Shown here in pieces: positions 12,571 to 51,853 of a DNA stretch of 64,000 nt (position 1 is its first letter; each line of letters starts with the position of its first letter). The DNA comes from Bugula neritina (lineage: Eukaryota > Animalia > Bryozoa), in the NCBI GenBank assembly GCA_964035545.1, contig OZ037767.1, positions 7,386,381 through 7,450,380 on the forward strand. Reading direction: 5' to 3'. Under the pieces are notes generated by a model. The model did no database searches. It saw only the letters and a program-made list of their open reading frames with translations, and had not been told where the DNA came from. A program made the position numbers and the translations under genes.

Positions 12571-13575
12571 TTACAGACTAGAAGTAAGAGCTGGATCTTC
12601 CACACAGTTAGTTGTTAAAGTCGAAAGTGGAGAAACACGAGCAGGGTTTCGACAACGCCAGTAAGAGATCTTCTGGTAAATAAGACTTCGGTATGTGGAG
12701 TTAGCTAAACCGTAGAGCAATGGGTTTGCTAAGGAGTTCAACTCCAACACGATAAGGGCAAATATTTCTAGTTCAACGCTGACTATACCACTAGCCCAGA
12801 GAACTGCCGAGAAAATTGGCGGCAGCCAGCATAAAATGCTGCTGCTAATGATACCTCCTATAGTCTTTGTCACTTCAGAGGTGTGTCTATTCTTCTTGAT
12901 AGTTTTGCTTTTAGCAACGTGTATTCTAAACAGAACTAAAGTATAAATATACACGGCTATCATGACTATCCAGCAACATAATATTGCCAGATTTGTTGGG
13001 AGACCCAACATTGGAATGTCATTACTGCCAAAGTTACACGGGCCAACATCTTTAACAGAAAACCCTGTTTTATGAAATACAACTCCAATCGAAGAATATA
13101 AAAGAGTGTAGAAGGCAATCACAAGAATCATAATTTTTGGATACCATTTTACAAACTCTCTGCTCTGGTAGGTTACGCTCTGCTTTAGGCAGTACGCCCT
13201 GTCAATGCTGACCATGACAATCACACTCGCCATAGAAGCGTATGTAGTGTGTAGGTACACTGCTGTGGCGGCACAAAAAGCGCTGTGCTCTGCTAAAAGG
13301 TGTTGCATGGTTTCATTGCTCAGTATCAGACGAACCACTCCGAGCAACAAGTCCATGGCTGCCAGGATGATGAGGAATAGCTTGTAGTTGTAGTATTTAG
13401 CTTTTCGAAGAGTAGGTTGATTCCAAACTACTGATAGATGTACTCCATTTATTATTATAGTTATTGCCGCTATAATGTTGAATGTAACAATGAAAGCTAC
13501 TGGGAGTTTTTCTTCTGGTTTGAATGTCTCATTCCTCATGTTGCCGATGACCTTGTCGTACAAGTATGGGGGCAT
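12571..13575 (-). CDS. Intronless rhodopsin-like (class A) GPCR, orphan, 334 aa
   Basis: Seven hydrophobic segments; TM1 N (IING), TM2 LAAMD, TM3 Cys and SIDRAY (DRY variant), ECL2 Cys, TM6 CWLP, TM7 NSLANPLLY, helix 8 YR. Confidence 0.9.
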   Translation of the reverse strand: MPPYLYDKVIGNMRNETFKPEEKLPVAFIVTFNIIAAITIIINGVHLSVVWNQPTLRKAKYYNYKLFLIILAAMDLLLGVVRLILSNETMQHLLAEHSAFCAATAVYLHTTYASMASVIVMVSIDRAYCLKQSVTYQSREFVKWYPKIMILVIAFYTLLYSSIGVVFHKTGFSVKDVGPCNFGSNDIPMLGLPTNLAILCCWIVMIAVYIYTLVLFRIHVAKSKTIKKNRHTSEVTKTIGGIISSSILCWLPPIFSAVLWASGIVSVELEIFALIVLELNSLANPLLYGLANSTYRSLIYQKISYWRCRNPARVSPLSTLTTNCVEDPALTSSL

Positions 13576-15194
13576 TTTGCAGTGTAGTCTTACAGAATTC
13601 GTTTAGCTGCCTAAGCTGAGACTCTCCTATGTTTAGACATAATCACTGTTCTACTTGTATAGACACTGTAGGCTTGCCTGTGCTAAAAATAAAAACATAG
13701 CAAATTGATTATGCAGCCAGTGTCATGTACAGTCATATCAAGTACATCCCACAACACCTTGCAGAGCTCTGGGTGAATATGGCCGACTTGTATTTTCACC
13801 TACCATTCATGTGTATCAGCAAAACATTACCTACTTTGATATTTTGCAACACTCACAGGAATATAATTATTTTATTATTCAATGAGGATCTATGATTACA
13901 GGCACAAGTTATATGGCTAATTTGAGTTTAACTCCTATAATAAAAATATAATTAGACAGCATGCTAACAATTATATTCTGCATTGCCTCATTCTGAGTTT
14001 AGTCAGCATTGCTATCAAAACCAGTTACAATTAGCAAATAGTATGAGATAGCTAATTTGCCTCTTGAATAGTGCATGTATCTGACTAGCTTACCAGATGT
14101 TGAAAAGTACTTAAATGCTGCAAGTGAAAACTCAACACTACTCAATAGAATATTTTGATAAAATTGTTTTCAAGGGAAGCATTATTATTAAGAAGTTACT
14201 TAAAGCACCAAGTTGAAATCAAAATATTATGTTTCAAAAATTCACCAACTTGCACAACATTTTCAGGATTCTATTATTATGTAAAATAAAGGTTAGATTT
14301 TAAATATTTCCATACTACATTATATACTCTTTATTTAAAAATGGTAAGCTCCCTTCAGTTGGTTAATTGCAAAATGCAGTGTTGTTTAGTGTATGGTTTT
14401 AAAAAGTATTAGAAGTAACAACATTAAACTTTCTCGCAAAATGAAAATTCATTCTATGTAACGTCATGCCCTAGCAACACAACTCTCTACTTTCTAATGC
14501 CCAAACTACATAGTTTAATTAAATTATCTTGTGTTAGTATATGAATAATTGAAATTATAGTTCTTAGCCAAACTCTAGATGCTTAAATAGATAAAACTAT
14601 AAATATTTTCTTTTAGAAAATACCCAAAAGCTACATAAAATAATGTCATTAATTGAATTGAATGAAATTATTTCAATTAAAATGTAAGGTTTGGTAAATT
14701 TTTGTAAGAGTATAATACATATAAAAAGTTATATATATAGAACTAACCAGTTGAACTACGATATAAATTAATAAAAAACATAGCAAGCCAGGTGAAAAGG
14801 GTATATTTGAGTTTCAGACGCAAAACTAAAACAAAGTCTAGCTAAATTTATTATAATTGGAATATTTTTTAAAGCAGTTCAACTTTAGATTAAACTTAAT
14901 ATTATATGTTTGAGTAGATAAATATGTTTACAACTACCTACGATAAAATTTATAAAGCTCGAGCAAGAAACACAAATGCCAACCTATTGGGATGCATTAT
15001 ATAACTTTGAAACATATGATTGCAGCATAATATTTTTACAATGAAAACATATTCTTGATTATAAAATATAAAATTGTGCTTTTTTTTAAAGATGCAACTC
15101 AATCTGCATGAAAGTATATCACTTGAGATTGTCACATTAACAATTGTTAAATTATAACTTTATTAATGCATCATGTATTTTATATATGTGCATA

Positions 15195-15417
15195 TGTGTA
15201 GATGTGTGTGCATGTGTGTGCGTGTGTGAGTTTGTGTGTGTGTGTGTGTGTGCGTGTGTGCGCGTGCGTGCGTGCGTGCGTACGTGTGCGCGTGCGTGCG
15301 TGCGTGCGTACGTGCGTGCGTGTGTGTGTGTGTGTGTGTGTGTGAGTTTGTGTGTGGGTGGATGGGTGGGTGTAGGTGTGTGAGTTTGTGTGTTTGCGTG
15401 TGCATACGAATGTGTGT
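15195..15417. repeat. Compound (GT)n/(GCGT)n microsatellite
   Basis: Direct reading. Confidence 0.95.
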
Positions 15418-16353
15418 AAATTCAAATATAAAAACTCTAAAACTACGCCTTCAAAAATACTAAGGAGACACCAAGTTCTGAATTATATAAGAAAAATAAA
15501 TTATAAATTAATTAGCGATGGAACACTGCTGTCAAAGTATTGTAATTCAGTTACCATGTGTAATGCACCACAGTATGTACCACATAGAGAATCAAAAGTA
15601 TTACTTTACAATCATACAACTTACGAATATTAACAATAGTGTTACATACGTACGTTTGTGTTTTTATTTATTAATAAACTCACTGCTTAATTGTCTGTAT
15701 TAGGTTTTGGTAGAGCTTGAAAGAGCTTTAGTGTAGGTACTAAGTTGCTTTGCTTGGCTCAGGTGTTAGCTTGAGCTCCGATCATTTGTACAGCCTCTTG
15801 GTTGGGGTATTCCTCTGGTAGCACTCATTAACACATTTTTAATTTGTACATTCACAATCTCTTTCTAAATGAAACTTCCTGCATTCGTCAATCTTTACAC
15901 AATCAAGTTACTCTCTCTCTTTCTTCATGAACTCTGTTTATCTATTTCATACATGCTCTTTTATATATCTACTGTACCATGTATAATCAACACACAGGCT
16001 ACACCTACACTTCATTCTATATTACCAGAGCTAAGCTTAGTCAACTTATAGTTGTGCTCCCTAGATCACCGTAGGGGGGATAACTGCTTATTGATAAAAG
16101 AAAAATAGTGACATAACGTTAGATTAAAGTTTTAAGTGATCCTAAAATACACATTTACAGTACTGCTAGCCTGCTTTTTATTTTGCTTTTTTTGTCTTTA
16201 AAATTACAAAACTAGTAGCCTACCTACAGTTAATGTGAGTAAAAAGCTGGATTAAACTTATTTTACATGGTTTAATATTCAATTGTTGTTTAGAACCTCA
16301 ATTCCCAGTTATCTTCCCTTTCTATACATAGAGAGCACAACTATCATTTAAAC

Positions 16354-16566
16354 CAGGGGTGTCCAACCTTTTCAGAGAGATGGCTACTTAAATGGAATAT
16401 TTTATGGCGAGGGCTACATTGCAAAATTTAACTTGGGTTGGGGGCCACAGCAGCAGCAATTTTTAAGGCACTTGATTACTCTACATAAAGCAACATATCT
16501 ATTTTGACTGTCAAGCGCAGTTGGGGTTTACATTACTATCTTGTCCTATTGCTTGATCAGCCCTTG
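16354..16566. mobile_element. Possible hAT (Charlie-like) MITE remnant
   Basis: Starts CAGGGGTGTCCAACCTTTT, a typical hAT terminus. Only a degenerate partner (TTGATCAGCCCTTG, ~16553-16566); no clear 8-bp TSD. Confidence 0.35.
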
Positions 16567-17505
16567 AAGCAACAACTGGAACTCAATTCTACTCTTAATA
16601 TACAGGAGTAAACCATCAACTCACTGTAAAATTGATTCTAGCAGTTACAATAACATTTGCAACACTTTCAACTATCCTTTCTGTCTATTATGTGTAACTT
16701 TCGTATTATAATTGTAATATAATTTGTAGAATAATAAGCTACATGATTGTTTAGTGCACTGTAAAAAAATGAACAGTTGGGAAAATATGAAATTTATACT
16801 GTTAACCTTTAGTGACATCTAAAATACATGCTATGTGTGACCCAAAAGAAAATATCACACAAAGAAAATCCAAAATTTCAAAAAAAAACAAACAAGAGAT
16901 AAGTTTGTCATATTATACAAAAATATGTTCATAAGTCTAAAAATTTCAAAATAATTTTAGATTTATATACAACTTCCTATCAACTTGCACAAAAATGTTT
17001 ATAAATATGATATGAAATGTGGATCAAAGAGATTGAATATGTTATACTATAAAATGATAAAACCAGCAATAGCATAAGTAAAAACATGAGCACAATCAAA
17101 TAACAACAACAAAAACCGCAAATAAGATGAACTTTGGCCAAACATAAAACAAATATAAATACACCAAAACATAAAAATGACACACAGTCAAAAAATATGT
17201 TACAAAACACTTTCTAGAGCAGATTAGGTTGGAAAACTTTTGCACAAAACCAAACACTCTGTACACAACCTAGAACCTATACTGCATGGAGTGACCTAAC
17301 CAGTTATATACAATGTAAAATCATGAGTACAGAATGACGAAGTAACTTAAATATACAAAGAGGTGGCCTGCTTATTAAGAAAATATGTCAGTTTTATAAC
17401 CCTAAATAATGGGAATTAAAAATTGCCAGTAATTCACAACCTTTCTATTAAACCAACTAGTTTCTAAGTATAAATAATATGGAAACACGCAGTGGCATGT
17501 TTTCA

Positions 17506-42531
<25,026 letters not shown>

Positions 42532-45500
42532 TTCAGAAGATCACTCAAATAGTTAGTTAACTCATCTCACCATCCTGAAATAATATGCTTATGGTATGCG
42601 CTGCTTGAATGTCTACATTATATCCTGAAACAAGATGCTTATTAGTAAATTTTCAAAATAAAATTATTCATAATTAAAGAAAATATTCTTTAATAAGATT
42701 GCTGCAGATAAATTTCCAAGTTTTCATTCAATTTGTAGATAAAAACATAGTCCATTTTATATTACAATTTATAAACAAAAAATACTTCATGAGTTATAGC
42801 TTTAGTTGGACATTGCTTCTATACTCACAAGCTAGATAACTTACTAAATTAAATTCAACTTCATACATTAAAGAGATCAATGAATTGACTAGCTTTTCTT
42901 CAACAGCAGTAGACTAGCATATTCCCAGAGGGGAGATAATGTATACAAGGCGAACATACAACCTATGTGGAAATAAATTATTTGAATTGAACAGAACAAC
43001 TCAAAGAAAAGTGTAGAACACCAGCTAGTAAATGTTCCATTACCAGAGTTATGGGAATGACATTTAGTAGGTATACACAAGTTTAAAGGATGAGGACTTT
43101 TACAGGGTGCTCAAATAAGCATTGTGATTGTGTAAAAATGGTTTTTGTTAATTTATCAATTGACTAGGAAAAATCAGTTTGTTAACAATCATTCAACAGA
43201 GAAATTGTCTGGTGAACTTGAAGCCATGAACTAAATATAGCAGTGTATGCTTAAAGATCTTACTGTTACTATGGTTACCCACACAACATTCCAGTTAACT
43301 GCATTTACACAGCAACTTCTAACAAATTCTTAAAACAATTAGTGATTTAATCCCAGGAATTTACTCTATCCAATCTTTTAAAAATACAATAAATGTAATT
43401 AACTGATGAAGAAATGAAATATAACTTTATACAAAGGACTAAGAACAATGATTAACTTTTCAGTCATTATTAATAATATTCAATATATTGAGTGTAATTA
43501 AATTGCAATGATAAGCCTGTAACTGAAACTAAGTGGTTGAACAACACAAACATAAATTGTCTATTCCATAAAAATAGAAACTGTCATTAGACTCAAAGTT
43601 GACCTTAAGACCAACCTCCTCTAAATTATAAACTCAAATGTACACATGTATAAACATATTAGAATATGAATGATAAAAAGAAGAGAAATAGAATTTAAAG
43701 CCATTATTTTGCTCACGTGCTGTTAAACAATAAAACAAAAACTCACATTTTGCTTTCAAAAAAATTATTAAAATTCTTGGTAAACAAAGTACTGCACTTA
43801 TGCAGTACGGAATTATATAAAAATTTACTGCTAAATGCAGGACTAGTAAGCTGTAGAATACAAATGACCAGGATGGAACATTAAGTAAGTAGTATTTAAT
43901 AGGTGATTGATTTTCATACAGAACCACGTGCAAATTATCCCCTACTCAGTATAGACATGCCAGTACAGATTAAACTGGCAAAAGGGTGTGTACCTGAGAG
44001 CATAATAACAAAGTATTTACAAACAGCCCAGCTAATAAGTGTTTTAATAGTTAGGTAGAGTTCAGTATGCAGTGAGCACATTATAATTAGACTATAATAG
44101 TAGTATGAGAACTCAAACTGGAGGCCACAGGTAAGATGAATGCAATGATCCACACACGGCCTTAATGAGCAAAGTTAAATTATATACCGAAAATCAAGAG
44201 AAAGCATTGAGGCGAGTTGACATTATTCTAACTATATAGATACTATGTAAATACAGTTATATCAAGCCACAGTCTGATTATACAACAGTACTACAGATAA
44301 GTTAGCTGACAAAATCTCAAGAGGCAGAGAATATTAATTTTCCAGCATGCTGTCCATAAGCATGATCTTCATAGGAAGAAATAAGCTGAGGTATAAGGCA
44401 GTTTAGCATGCAACATCACACTCCGTCAATTAATCACTAAACCATTATAACATGAACTATGTGATTTACATGCTAAGTTTGTCGTAGCAGCAAGCCAAAA
44501 TAAAGGTCTATTTTAAAGTTGCTAGTAATGAGTGCAGTATGAAAAGATAATCAATAAATGTTGGTATTCCATACACTGCTATCGAGAGGGCATGGCTCAG
44601 ATGGGATTTTTCATTAACTTTATGATTAGTATTATATATAGCCTATTAGATAGAACATTACGTAGAGCTGAGTAAATAAATTAGTAATTGAAGTGTAGAA
44701 AGTCATGTTGCCATTCCATATGTGTAATAGTAGCCTTATATGACAATGAGTTACACTCTCACTCCACACCTGTAAATTACACTGTATACACTATACTGGG
44801 GGTCTACAAAATTCAATGTATTTGCTATAATGCAGTTGGAAGAAAAATCGAAGATAAATTCTTAGGTAGGATGAAGAGGCTTAGCACAAGGTCCAAGGTC
44901 CATTTAACATTGAATAGGTTAGACCTTGGCAGTATCAAAACGCCCCTTCTTTTCCAAGGAAATACATTTTGCAACATATCACACCTAAAACTAAAACAAC
45001 TTATAAATTTTGCAAAAGACTAGTCAAGTGAATAGCTTAAGATTTCGGATTTCCATTGAATAACCCAGTGTTGAGCTTATAGATGGTCCCATTAAAATTG
45101 ATTATGAGACAAATTTGCACTCATTTCATGGTAATTCAACTGAAAATAGATCTTATAGTCTTATATTTCATGTTACTGACGTGTTTATGTGAAAAAAATT
45201 GATACTACATATAACGTGAAAAAGTGACTTGAGCTATATATGCTTATACTCTATTTCTATCCATAAATACTCTATAACATCTTTTCATTTTGATAATTAC
45301 TAAGAATGTCAACTGAATATGATATCATTAACAAATATTAATTAGAATATGGGTTCCAAGCTTCATGACTAGATGTAAAGAAACTAACAGAAATTTACTG
45401 AAATTCAATTGTGAAAGTAACTCATTGAAACGCACACTAAACTGGCACATGAAGTGTAAATAGCAAAAACTGATATAAATTTAATAGTCAAGTAAATGCT

Positions 45501-46618
45501 ATTAACATTTATTAAAACAAGTTGCATAAGTAAGAAAATATTGAGTTAATTTTGTGATCGAAATAGTAAGATTATTAAAAATGAAAATAACATGATTTAC
45601 CACAATGTACATACTAGTAACTTATATATACAATACACATTTAGTTGAAATGACGGTCTGTTACGCTTAAGTAATACAACTAATAGCTACACCTAGTACC
45701 TGTATCTTTAATATTCATTATACGTCAAGTTCTAAGTGATAGTTCTCGTATTTTCTTTATAGAAGTATCTATAATTATATGGATCCTTATAGCATTGATA
45801 AAATATCCCAATTCACTAAGCCTAGTCAATAGGCACATATTTGCCAAATGGGCAAGGGCCAACACTTGCAGCACTGTACTTATATTGTTACAGTCATCAT
45901 CATAGTGAGATTATATTTAGCAATACTAAAAAACAATTATAAATAGCAAATACAATAACAATATTCACTCAAGAACTAAGAGTTTCTGTAATAGCCAAAC
46001 TGAAAGTAATATTCTGTCTGAGTTTTATTCTTAAATTAAAATATCAAAATGATTATTTTGCTATAATTGATGTTAGATATAACTAATACTTTTATTTAAA
46101 ATAAAAACAAATATCAAATTCTGATTTTAAGTAAAAGTAAGAATCATGCACTCATGTCTGTACTTACACCATTACTACCACATTAAGTTTAACTAAATTA
46201 TGGACTCATAGTCATTCACTGATACTAATAGTAATACTAATAGTTAATAGTTATCGCTATTAAAGTATTAGTATTACTGATACTAATAATAGTAATACTA
46301 GTAGTGAACTAGTACTAGTAGTAGTACTAATTCTAATAGTAATACTAAGTCTAATAGTAATACTAATACTAATACTAATAGTAATAGTATTATTACTCAT
46401 TACTATTATGAGTATTACTATTAGTATTAGTGTTACTATTATTATTAGTATTAGTAATAGTCATAGACTAATAGTGTTAATAACAGTATTTCATAAATTT
46501 TACTTATAAAACTAAGTCATACTGATACTGTACCTGTTGGCAACATCAAGTTGAAGTTCAATATTAACAAAACATATTGGAAATAAAATTGAAATACAAT
46601 ATCAATATCATTCATTGC

Positions 46619-46658
46619 TACTCTGAAGATGGGCACAGTGGTGCCCGAAATATCAGTA
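46619..46658 (+). ncRNA. Minimal type I hammerhead ribozyme motif (Penelope-like element type)
   Basis: TACT-CTGAAGA-T-GGGCAC(AGTG)GTGCCC-GAAA-TA-TC^-AGTA: stem I TACT/AGTA, CUGANGA and GAAA cores, perfect 6-bp stem II, palindromic ATAT in place of stem III, UC cleavage site at 46654; AATAAA signals follow. Confidence 0.7.
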
Positions 46659-49600
46659 TAATTACTTTGCATAATAAAGTAATAAATCAACAATGTTTCT
46701 CGTATACTTGAAGTTATTCAAAATATCAATAGAATAAGAATAAAGAATAACTAATATTATTATAATTATTATCATTATGTCTTACTCTTAGTTATTCACT
46801 ACTATTGATTCGTTTTATCAGCTTTAAAATTTGCCACTACCAAATAAATATCCAGAACACCTGTAACTATAAATAACAATTAGCTGAAGGAAGAAATTGA
46901 GGTTTCTTATTAATAATTTTATCCCTCTCTTTTCATGTTAAGATTTATTATTGTATTGAACAAGTTGATATTAACAAGTTGATATTAGCTCCGCAGCAAT
47001 CAATATATATTCCTTGACCTTAGCACTAGTGCGCGTACACTGTGGTACCCATTGAAATGGTAAATTTCAATTCAGTAGTTGTGCCCACTCCATCATAACT
47101 TCGCGGAACATTACAATGAAATTATCTTATGACCAATAGCCAAGAGGTGTTTCACGGAATTTTTCCAACACGGGTAAAATTTGTGCTATCAAATGTTTCA
47201 GCTCTGATAGTTTCTGGTTTCTGCCTTAAGACATTTGACATTTCGTCTCTATGAAGCGTGGCCTATTGCAAATGGTCGAAGTGGCATAGCTAAAAAGGGA
47301 TTACTAGTGCTATGGGGCCTCAAGTTTTGCATAACTCCTAGAAAGTGGAATGTCAGAGAAAATGTGCCAGAGAGATAGCCCTGGCTGTCTACAGAAATGG
47401 TGCTGCTAAATTGTAAAATGCTAGCTTTTATATTCATTCTATATATTATAGCTTGTTGGCTATAAATGCAAAAACCATAGTGCAAAAAACATAGCTCCTT
47501 GTTGATTTTAGTTGCCTTTTGTCAGGAATATTCTTCTATAGAGATATTTGTAAGTAGGTCCTATAAGAATTGACAAGTTTTTCTGTGTTATTGATGTGTT
47601 TATAAGGCTGAAAATTATTTACATATGTTTTTGTGTAGCTACTAGCTTGCAAGTATTAATTATCTTTTCTTCTAGAGTAAAAGTCAAAAAAATAAATTCA
47701 AAAGTAATGAATATATTATGCTTGTTGCTATGCAAAGAGAAAATTCCTGGTGCAGTACCCTCTTGCAAAGTCAAGCTTTTTAGTTTAAGATCTTATTTTA
47801 GGATAAAATTTCAATCTGCAGCATGGTAAAAAATAAATATCATGCATTAAAAAAAGGCACCGAGGTTATATAAATATTAGCATCATCCGCAGGTAATAAT
47901 TGCTATCCTCCTCAATTAATTTAAGATATGTATGCACAAAATTTTCTTATAAAAATAAAACAAATTTGTTTTGGCATACTACCATGAAGTTGTGTTTAGC
48001 TGATATGCCAAAATAATATGTATGAATAATTAAGTACTGCATAGATGTGGCACATACCCACGAGTCTTTAACTCATGTTCAACTAATATTGACCATTTTA
48101 CATGATGAGACCTGTAGCAATTTGGATTGCGTTTGTGAAGGGCCAAATTAATTTTGAGTTGTCTTTCCGAAAGAAAATTCGGTCCTAGTTGACGGATAAC
48201 ACCCTTTGAATGTATGTGACCTGACGTTTAGAGGTCATAGTTCAATCGCTGTAATAATAGTGTTGCAAATAGGCTGTGGCTTTATCAAACGCAACGACTC
48301 CATTCTATTGTTTTATGCCCACGGAGGGCGGTCATGTTGTGCAGACAGGCTTGCTCATGCTGAGGCCACAGACACAATATTTTTATATGCCTAGGTCACA
48401 GTGCTCTGAGCAGTAATAGACACAGATACAATTTAATATGGCAATTACACTAACAACTGTAATCACATTGAATTTGATAATGATATTGATAATGCCATGG
48501 CTATCACCGTTATGTTAAGATTCAAGTTCAGTAATTCACTAAATGTAGGTGTAACACTAAGAGTAAGTCTAACTCAGTAACTGTAACTGTTACACAAACA
48601 CTAACTGTTAAACTTGAAGTTTAGGTCAATAACATTAAACTTAACATTAAGTTTAACTGCATAGCTATTAACTAATTATTATTATTATGATATAGCTTCT
48701 AGTTCTACTATAAGTGAGTAGAACCAATAATTAATCAATGACTATGATAATGAGTTATCGTCATAGTTATCATTTACAGTATAATTATATTCATATTCAT
48801 TTTGGATTAGATATTGGTATGTAATAATAGTAATGTTTGTAATAGTAATACTTTGAGTTAATTGTTATTATTATATTCAATTTTAGAATAATTATATCAT
48901 TATGATTATGATAATGATTAGGCTAAAATATCCAATACTTAAGCTGTCAAAGTCCATGGGTAATAAAGTTGAATATGATTTTGTGAAATAAAATGCTCAT
49001 AAAAATTTAAAAAGTTTTGTTGTAAGAGCTATTCACCATTATGTAATGGAGCTGCAACTGGATTTGCAATCTTTTAAATAATTGTTTTAGGTGGTTATAA
49101 GTTTTGTTATTTTCAGTCTCTAAAGTCACAAAGGTGGTGAGCTCAGGTTGCAGGTCATCTCCTAAGTGAATTTTTCTGCTGTAATTGTAAATTAATTTGT
49201 GTTACTAATAACTATAAGCTATTCTGAGTCATTTTGGTTTTAGAAGCCCAGGTTTAGTAACACCAACAGCACCATTGTTTCTCACATAAAATACCACCCT
49301 TATGCTTATAGCTATCTGCACTCACAAGAACAGATACTGGCTCAATAAATGAGTATGGTCTAAGAAGTTGATAGCAACATGTTCAAAAATAGCTCTTCGA
49401 TGTCACTGAGTTAGAAGTTGTGGATTGAAAATCAATTAGGTAACAGTGTGGGGTCTTCTACTCACTGTTGGCTCTTTTTCAGCCATTAATGTAATGAGTA
49501 ATGTCATCAATGGATTTAACCATGTGCAAATGAGGGCAGTGTGCAGTTACTTGTGAAATTACATGTGATGGAATGTTAGTAAGCACATTACTGTAGTGTG

Positions 49601-51853
49601 GTCTTATATACTATGAGTAAATTTTGTACCTATGGGAAAAACGCTAAGTTGGTCATGTAGCCAGGGTACCCCTGCAGCTACCTATGAAACTGATTGTGAT
49701 ACCAACAAGTTTCAAGCTAAGATAATTACAGAGAAATAATTCAAGTCTGGTACTACTTAATTGCATTTTGCTTATTGGATCGCAAGTGTGTACGGCTTGC
49801 AACTATTTAAACTATTTTACTAAGTCAACTAGGAAGAAGTAATTTCAAATGCGCAAATCAGATCCCTCCGCTTGACCTTGGTCTGTGCATTAGTTTTGAA
49901 CACATCAACTTTTTTTTTAAATCCTCAACTAATGAGTTTATTCAACTGTCAATGTTTTAGCTTTAAACTTTACCCAAACGCATGCTGACAGCATTACCTG
50001 AGTACTTTCAAAGTATTTTACCATGACTTCAGATGCAAAACAGCCAATGGCAACAAGTAGAAGTTAAAAGTTAATAGTAATACTACGTAACACATTTTGA
50101 AGCTTCTTCATGATTTTCAAATTAGCCCTTGATTACATATAGAACTACCAATATTGGCACAAAATTAGGTTAGGCGAAGTACGTTTTTCACTGTTTGAGT
50201 ATTAATTTCTGTTCTTGCATATATTGATTGAACTATGCAAAACTAAATCTGATCTCTTACATACATCATTTGCCTTTTTGAGGTCACATTCAAATTGTAC
50301 TAGCAATAATATAGAGATTAGGCCAACTGGAAATTTTATAACCTAAATGTCAATGGCTCTTACAAACAGCTAAGAGCTGGTAAATATATGGTGTATCTCA
50401 GCAGCAAAGTTGAGTAGATTGTCTCTATTTAAATACAATATAATATTATCTATCTTGAGATAAGGAGTCCGATCAGGAAGCACCTATTATATAGCTATCT
50501 GACTACAAATAATGTAGGCATACTCACTATTTGTTTGTGTATACGTATACGTATTAACTGTAATGTACATCATGCAAATAGAAATACTAAATGTCTCTTA
50601 CAGACCAGCTGTCATGCATTCAAAAGCAACTAGCTTGCTTATTTGCTCACTTCATGCCAAGTGCATATCTAGGCTACCAAGGAAAACAACTTCACTCATT
50701 AAGGAGTTTCCAATCTTGCAATATCTGTTTTGTGCAAAAGAGTGTTAAATATAAACTGTAAAACTATATATCTGTTTAACTATTACAGAAGTAACTAATA
50801 ATCGTTGAGAATTCAGCAAATGGTGTGAAAACTTAATGACTTTATTCACCAAAACTTTTCAAATATTTTAAGCTAGAAAAACAGAATAACTATAATTTGG
50901 TATTTTATTTTGCTTGCCACTGCTTATGCCTTATAGTGTAAACATTTCAGATTGTGCCGTGTGTGCACCAAATACTGTTTTGACTGTTGTAGCTTGTTTC
51001 CATGGCCCAGGAGATAATGGTGAAGTAGAGTAATATTACTCTTAATTATGGCCAATTTTCGAAAATTATTGTGAGTATTACTAAGCATCAGAACATTGTC
51101 TATTAATCAAATATTTGTAGTAGGACATACTGCCTGATCACTTGAACTATCAAACATTTTATTGAAATTTTTCTACTAAATTTGTTAATGCTAATATAAA
51201 ACTGTAGTGTCAGGTTTTGACTGTAGGTAGTCAAAGATGTTAGAGTTATAATTTGACAGCTCTTTATTGCACTAAATATTACAAGCAACTGAACTAAGAA
51301 CAAAGAACATAGGTAGCACACATAAGTAGATACATGTAGCTATAAAAAAGCTATTACAGATGAGGATGTGGTAATAAGCAGCTAAGTACAGTAGGCATAA
51401 GCTGAGAAACAAAAGCACATTGAAATAACATCAACTGATTCAATGTGTGGCTATAAACATATTTACTGACAACAAAAGATTCATATTTGTTGAAAGGTTT
51501 TACCACTTTTGAAAGATCAATATTCTTACATTGAAAATATTTTCCCAATAAGAATATGCTGGGCTTTTGCATAAGCTGGGGAAGCTTTTCCCTAATACAC
51601 GATAGCTTTTCACATATAATCTTAGCTATATTTTGCTTTTTCACTATCATTATAGCAAATACACAATAGCTAACTTTTTTACTACTATAAAAACCCAGCA
51701 GTTTTTCACTTATCCAGACTTGTATCTCTCACTTGTACTTGCAACTTATTACTCATGAGATAACCTTTATTTACACATTGCTATTTCTTTCAGTCTGCTA
51801 TATACTATAAGAAATATTTATTTCTCGCACACGAAAACACAACATAATATTTT

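Noticed and set aside
12571-13575. Opsin next to a norpA-type PLC
   Set aside because: No Lys at the TM7 retinal-binding position (Glu instead) and no other opsin motifs recognised.
15144-15463. Overlapping CV/HT-rich ORFs
   Set aside because: Microsatellite translations.
15700-15830. Alternative last PLC exon
   Set aside because: No homology, weak acceptor, and the gene already ends cleanly at 17506 with a PDZ-like motif.
46200-46490. Inverted-repeat element in TAA/TAG/TAC-rich DNA
   Set aside because: Self-complementarity is explained by low complexity; no defined termini or TSD.
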